From the NCBI RefSeq assembly GCF_000092105.1, contig NC_014148.1:2370001-2402000 (forward strand): a DNA stretch of 32,000 nt, in the 5' to 3' direction. Every line of letters begins with the position of its first letter. Within the stretch, counting starts at the first letter, position 1. The translations under genes were made by a program, and so were the position numbers. The DNA is from Planctopirus limnophila DSM 3776. Its GTDB lineage: Bacteria > Planctomycetota > Planctomycetia > Planctomycetales > Planctomycetaceae. Under the pieces are notes generated by a model that searched no databases, had not been told where the DNA came from, and was given only the letters and a program-made list of their open reading frames with translations. Of this stretch, positions 27,741 to 32,000 are shown one piece after another.

Positions 27741-27759
27741 ATTTGATCGAGAATCAAAT
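27741..27759. promoter_or_regulatory. Perfect 7-5-7 inverted repeat ATTTGAT-CGAGA-ATCAAAT in a divergent intergenic region (candidate operator)
   Basis: Read directly from the sequence. It lies 68-86 nt upstream of the MotA-like ATG (27673) and ~250 nt upstream of the 1327-aa ORF. It sits in an AT-richer stretch of the 336-nt intergenic region. Confidence 0.3.
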
Positions 27760-28009
27760 CTTCCATCGTAAGGTGCCAACGTAGCGTCAGCGCTGTGCAA
27801 TCACTCCTCATGACAATCGTTAAAATCGTCAAACTCGGCCAGACAAGTTGAATCGAAGAGAGGGGGATGATTGAAGATTCCGACTTCCGTTCAATTGCCT
27901 CGACCGAGTGGAATTGTCTATTCTCTCAAATAGAAGTCGTGAACAGGCATGACCTTGCATTCACAGATGGCAGTGGACTGACGCACTCCGCCCGTCAGGG
28001 ATCGACGCA

Positions 28010-31000
28010 TTGAAATCATCTCCGGACAATCGATCTTTGGAAGTTTCTGCACTGACCCGCGAGATCGCAGGCTATCTCAACTTGTCGGGAGGTCGTCGTG
28101 ATACGCAGTTTCTGATGAGATTGAACCAGTTGGCACGACTGGCTCCTCAGTGGAAACTCCAGCAGAAACTGCTCAACGAAACTCTTGAAGCCTGCCATCG
28201 GGAAAATGTCACAGGCTTTGAGAATATTGAACAAGGCCAGAGTGCCATCAGCCTGGCATTCGACCACGTCTTCCCAGCTTATGTGAATCACCACCAGGAT
28301 TTGCTGGGACATCTGGAACCTGAAACTCTCCAACTGCCATTTTTTCTTGGCAGAATCTTTGAATCGATTCTGGAGCAGGGGGGGCCCTGGAACGAAGAAC
28401 CAAGGATTGTCGATGGCTCACTGCGCATCCTGAATGACTTCCTCGGCTATCGGCCAATTGCCTTACTCGAAAATCAGCGCAAGCTCGAACCCTATGCCAA
28501 CGAGCGATTCTGCCCGCTGCCACTTTACATCAAAGGGGCAGGTGTCGGTGAATCTCCCTACCGGGAGATCATCGAGAAGTCGCTCGAACTCCTTTCGAAC
28601 ACGACTCCCGAAATTCTGACAGATGCCTGGTTTTATCTCCAGAATCTCGACGAACTCTCTCTCGATCCACGGGCACACGATCATCTTCATCCAGCCAACA
28701 AGCGAACAAATTACCTGTTCGGCGAGTGGGATCCCCATCTGATCGACCTGCACGGCATGTACCGCCGGTTCGTCGTGAGAAAAGTCATTCTGGACGCTCT
28801 ACTTAAGTGGATGGGCGAGCAGAAAAAAGTTCCTCATGATGAACTTGTTTATGATGCAGCCGCCGTCCTGGCTGGAACCATTCTTATGGCTTCGGCCATC
28901 AGTGGTGCAGGGCCGGAAACACATGATTCGACGATTACGTTAACATCTCTGCTGCCACGTGTGGCCAGACAGCGAGACCGCTTCTATGCGACGCTTCTGG
29001 AAAACGCCGAAGGAGCCAGAGCCAAGCGGCTTCAAAAACAGGCCAAGGTCACGCAACAGCCTTTTGGGCACGTGCGACAGCATCTCAATATGTATCTGGC
29101 CGAATATGGAGCCCAGCAGGTTCAAAGACGGCATCTGGCTTATCTGTTTGCACGCATGGGCTATGCGGATGAAGCCCGGCGACAGGCAGGTATCATCCCT
29201 GCGGCTGCAGCTCGCTTTGATTGTGAAATCCAGTGGCGGTTTACGTTTTTCCGCAAAGAAATCGAAAAGGGGGATCTCGATCAGGCTTGCCGATTGATCG
29301 ATGAGATTGAAGGTTTCCTGCATCGCGGCATCCGCTGTGGAGCCATTGTTGATCCGTGGAATATCCTGGGCTTTCAGGGGCACTTCCCGCTGTTTTCTTC
29401 CCGAGAAGACAGTGTGCCTGATCAACGTGTTGAACAACTGTTAAATCTGGTCGAATTAATTTTGGAAGCCTATGCCATTGCCCTGCAGGATGCAGCAGTC
29501 CGCGGCAGGACAGATCGCTACAACGAACTGAAGCGAAAATTCTCACGCTTTGCCGAATGGTGGGATCGATTCGGGACACCGACTGTCGCTGATCTTCCCC
29601 TGGTTCAAGGGCAGGAATCTTACGATTCGGCACTGCATGTCGCCGAAACACTTTCCGAATGGCGATCGGCCGGTGAGGCTGCCGGCGATGTGCAATTCTG
29701 GCGGCAGCATGTCGATCGATTTGAATCATCCAAAGCGTATGCCCAAGTCGTTGAATCTCTCCTGGATCGTAAAGACACAGTCGCCTCGCTGGGCCTATTG
29801 ATTCAATGGCTGAGTCAGGTGGAAGAAGTGGGACTCGAGTCGGGTCCCCATTCACTGTTCGGATTGATGGTCGACTGGCTCGAATTAGCACTCGATTCCA
29901 ATTCACAACCGCCAGTACCACAGTGGAAGAACATTTTACGCATGTTCGATTCTGTGGAAGCCAATGCGGGTGAATTATGGACAATTCCCCGACTCTCGAC
30001 AGTGCTTCAAGGTGGGATTCAGCAGGAACATGAAACCACCTCTGGCGAAGACGACGCGAATGATGGCGACAGCACATTATTCGGTGCGGCATACGATGGC
30101 ATGGTCTTTCGCGATACTGCAAACGACGGCCTGGAAAGCGACACGGCAGACAGTGGTGGCAGTGCCGAACCGGGTGAATTCGAAGTGATCGAGACCTTGC
30201 TGGAACCGAGGCTCAAATTTGCCCGCATGATGACGCAAATGTGGCAGATCGCTGCCAGCGAATGCACCATGGCGGAGGCCACACAGAAGACTGCTTCGTC
30301 TGAAGAAACCAGTCGTCCCGCAGCATTTTTCCCGGCAGATCACGTGGAAGAATGGCTTAAACAATGCGTCGAACTCCAGCAGCAACTCAAGCTGCTGATG
30401 GAAGATCTTGAAAAGCATGGCGTGATCGAATCGAGCGGCGATCATGAAGCGAACATCGAGTTCGACATGCAGATCCAGACCAAGTTCTATCTGCTGCAAT
30501 CGATTATCTACATCCAGATCAGCGCTCAGGTCGCACGCTGGTGTCTCGAAGCCTTGCTGGCCGAAACCACAGGAAAAATCGTCGCCAGCGACCACGAAGA
30601 ACAAATGATCGTGGAGTCGATTTTAGGAATCTTGAGACGCGATCCTGCGGAAGTTCGCAAGCTTTTGCCTGCACTATTGAAGGAATTGCAGAAACGCCCA
30701 CTCCTTTATATTCCATTGGAGCACGATGGCGATCCCGGCGAGATGCTCAATGCACGAATCGCGCAGGCGATTATCCGCTTCATGTTGTGCCATTTGCCAA
30801 GGCTCGGTCTGCTCAAGGAAACCTGGCATCTGCTGCAGGCTGCTCATGAAATGGAACGCTCATCCCGGCCTGCCGGTATGGCTGTGACAGAGTTCGACCG
30901 ATTGTTCCGCATCGCCCTCCGGAATTCGCTTGAAAGTATTATCCATGCCTCCCGTCAGTGGCAGAGAGGCAAATTCGCGGATGAAGATCTGATCGAAATT

Positions 31001-31993
31001 GTCGGCTCGACTGTCGAGCATTATCTCGATCAATGGCTCGATCACAGTTCCACCATGCGGCTCTCGACTGTTGAATCGCTCAAGATGGATGGTGTCTGGG
31101 ATCAGACTCGAGAGTTCATCAAGAAGTATGGCAATGAGTTTTTGAATGCTCGCGTGCTGACACTTGGGAACCTCCGCACAATTCTGCACCAGGGGATCGA
31201 AAAATATCTCGCTTATCTGGAGGAATCTGAAGACCCACTCCATCCCATCCCGCTTTTGGAAGATATCCGCGGAGGGAAGATCAGTACGCGAGAAGCTTCT
31301 GAAACGTTGCGGCTGATCTATCAGGTGATTGTTGATCGCTTTGATCGATTTCTGGAATACAACTCCACCACAACTCAATCCGACTATGGGCAACTGTTTT
31401 TCTCGCTGCTCGACTTCTTAAGGTTAGAAACTTCCTACGAACGAGATGCCTGGAATCTCCTCCCTGTCGCGATTGCTCACGAAGTCTTGACCAGGCAGGG
31501 TAGGCAGGAAGCTGCAGAGATCTGGGAGGAAGTCTTTACAGTCAAAACCGAAGATATGTCCGAGCGACATCTGGCCGAACTGAAAAAACTCGAACGGCAA
31601 TATGGCATGCGTTTGCCATCGGTTACGAGTCATCTCCAGGAGCGATTCGTTAAACCACTGGCTGTTAACAACATGCTGGCACTGATCCCAAGGGCTGTTG
31701 AAGAAGCTAAAAAGACGCCGATGGAAACCATTGCCATCCGATCGCTGGTGGCGCAGATCGAAGAGTATCTCAAGAGTTCGCTGGGCTCAGGGCTCGATGT
31801 GCCCCATTGGCTCAGGGCACTGGAAGAAGAACTCAATGAGGGGATCAGCCATTCAGGATGGACGGGTGCCGATGCAGAGCCGGAACTCAATCTCCTGGGA
31901 CTGAACTTTACTCTTCGAGAAATGCGTCAGCAGCTGAAAACATGGAAAGCGCCGCCGGGTGGCCGCAAGAAAAATGATTCAGGAAATGCCTGA
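28010..31993 (+). CDS. Large (about 1290-1327 aa) cytoplasmic, predicted all-alpha protein of unknown function
   Basis: Uninterrupted 4 kb ORF ending in TGA at 31991-31993. The track start at 28010 is a TTG, and the first in-frame ATG is at 28115, so the start is uncertain. I saw no TM helix, signal peptide, Walker A or nuclease/helicase motif on reading. There is an acidic low-complexity linker at about nt 30000-30170. It is divergently oriented to the MotA-like operon. Confidence 0.8.
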   Translation: MKSSPDNRSLEVSALTREIAGYLNLSGGRRDTQFLMRLNQLARLAPQWKLQQKLLNETLEACHRENVTGFENIEQGQSAISLAFDHVFPAYVNHHQDLLGHLEPETLQLPFFLGRIFESILEQGGPWNEEPRIVDGSLRILNDFLGYRPIALLENQRKLEPYANERFCPLPLYIKGAGVGESPYREIIEKSLELLSNTTPEILTDAWFYLQNLDELSLDPRAHDHLHPANKRTNYLFGEWDPHLIDLHGMYRRFVVRKVILDALLKWMGEQKKVPHDELVYDAAAVLAGTILMASAISGAGPETHDSTITLTSLLPRVARQRDRFYATLLENAEGARAKRLQKQAKVTQQPFGHVRQHLNMYLAEYGAQQVQRRHLAYLFARMGYADEARRQAGIIPAAAARFDCEIQWRFTFFRKEIEKGDLDQACRLIDEIEGFLHRGIRCGAIVDPWNILGFQGHFPLFSSREDSVPDQRVEQLLNLVELILEAYAIALQDAAVRGRTDRYNELKRKFSRFAEWWDRFGTPTVADLPLVQGQESYDSALHVAETLSEWRSAGEAAGDVQFWRQHVDRFESSKAYAQVVESLLDRKDTVASLGLLIQWLSQVEEVGLESGPHSLFGLMVDWLELALDSNSQPPVPQWKNILRMFDSVEANAGELWTIPRLSTVLQGGIQQEHETTSGEDDANDGDSTLFGAAYDGMVFRDTANDGLESDTADSGGSAEPGEFEVIETLLEPRLKFARMMTQMWQIAASECTMAEATQKTASSEETSRPAAFFPADHVEEWLKQCVELQQQLKLLMEDLEKHGVIESSGDHEANIEFDMQIQTKFYLLQSIIYIQISAQVARWCLEALLAETTGKIVASDHEEQMIVESILGILRRDPAEVRKLLPALLKELQKRPLLYIPLEHDGDPGEMLNARIAQAIIRFMLCHLPRLGLLKETWHLLQAAHEMERSSRPAGMAVTEFDRLFRIALRNSLESIIHASRQWQRGKFADEDLIEIVGSTVEHYLDQWLDHSSTMRLSTVESLKMDGVWDQTREFIKKYGNEFLNARVLTLGNLRTILHQGIEKYLAYLEESEDPLHPIPLLEDIRGGKISTREASETLRLIYQVIVDRFDRFLEYNSTTTQSDYGQLFFSLLDFLRLETSYERDAWNLLPVAIAHEVLTRQGRQEAAEIWEEVFTVKTEDMSERHLAELKKLERQYGMRLPSVTSHLQERFVKPLAVNNMLALIPRAVEEAKKTPMETIAIRSLVAQIEEYLKSSLGSGLDVPHWLRALEEELNEGISHSGWTGADAEPELNLLGLNFTLREMRQQLKTWKAPPGGRKKNDSGNA

Positions 31994-32000
31994 TTGATGA

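Noticed and set aside
29241-30122. 293-aa minus-strand ORF inside the 1327-aa gene, plus other internal ORFs (28940..29437, 30077..30604, 30860..31393)
   Set aside because: All are nested antisense to one continuous 4-kb ORF. Their sequences are Arg/His/Pro-rich and not protein-like.
1-32000. CRISPR arrays, IS elements or transposases, integrases, prophage genes, and large-scale direct or inverted repeats
   Set aside because: None were recognised on reading. I saw no regularly spaced repeats, no DDE, tyrosine or serine recombinase-like ORFs, and no terminal inverted repeats flanking any block. The window looks like core chromosome rather than a mobile island.

Overview
The window reads as a chromosomal segment of a Planctomycetota-type genome. 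This is inferred from an adjacent DUF1549/DUF1553 + DUF1501 gene pair, giant envelope proteins and mid-range GC. I support 15 protein-coding genes. I saw no rRNA, tRNA, CRISPR array, transposase or integrase. Housekeeping genes recognised from motifs are uppP, tyrA, a PurS-PurL-type FGAM synthase and a MOFRL-family glycerate kinase.

Three blocks are not explained by known systems:

(1) The main candidate for an undescribed system is a minus-strand three-gene operon at 22762-27673. It encodes a MotA/ExbB-type channel protein with a long helical C-terminal tail. It also encodes two elongated paralogous ExbD/TolR-like single-pass proteins, each with a Pro-rich spacer and a coiled coil. One paralog keeps the membrane Asp and the other has Ala at the aligned position. 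No TonB, Tol-Pal, flagellar, gliding or Zorya partner genes are present in the window.

(2) A 1327-aa, apparently all-helical orphan cytoplasmic protein (28010-31993) is divergently transcribed from that operon.

(3) Two translationally coupled giant genes occupy 1-10070. They appear to be three tandem paralogous modules, each a ~1000-aa exoplasmic region followed by a 3-TM cluster. The second gene looks like a fusion of two modules.

All family calls come from reading motifs by eye. HMM and structure searches are needed to confirm them.
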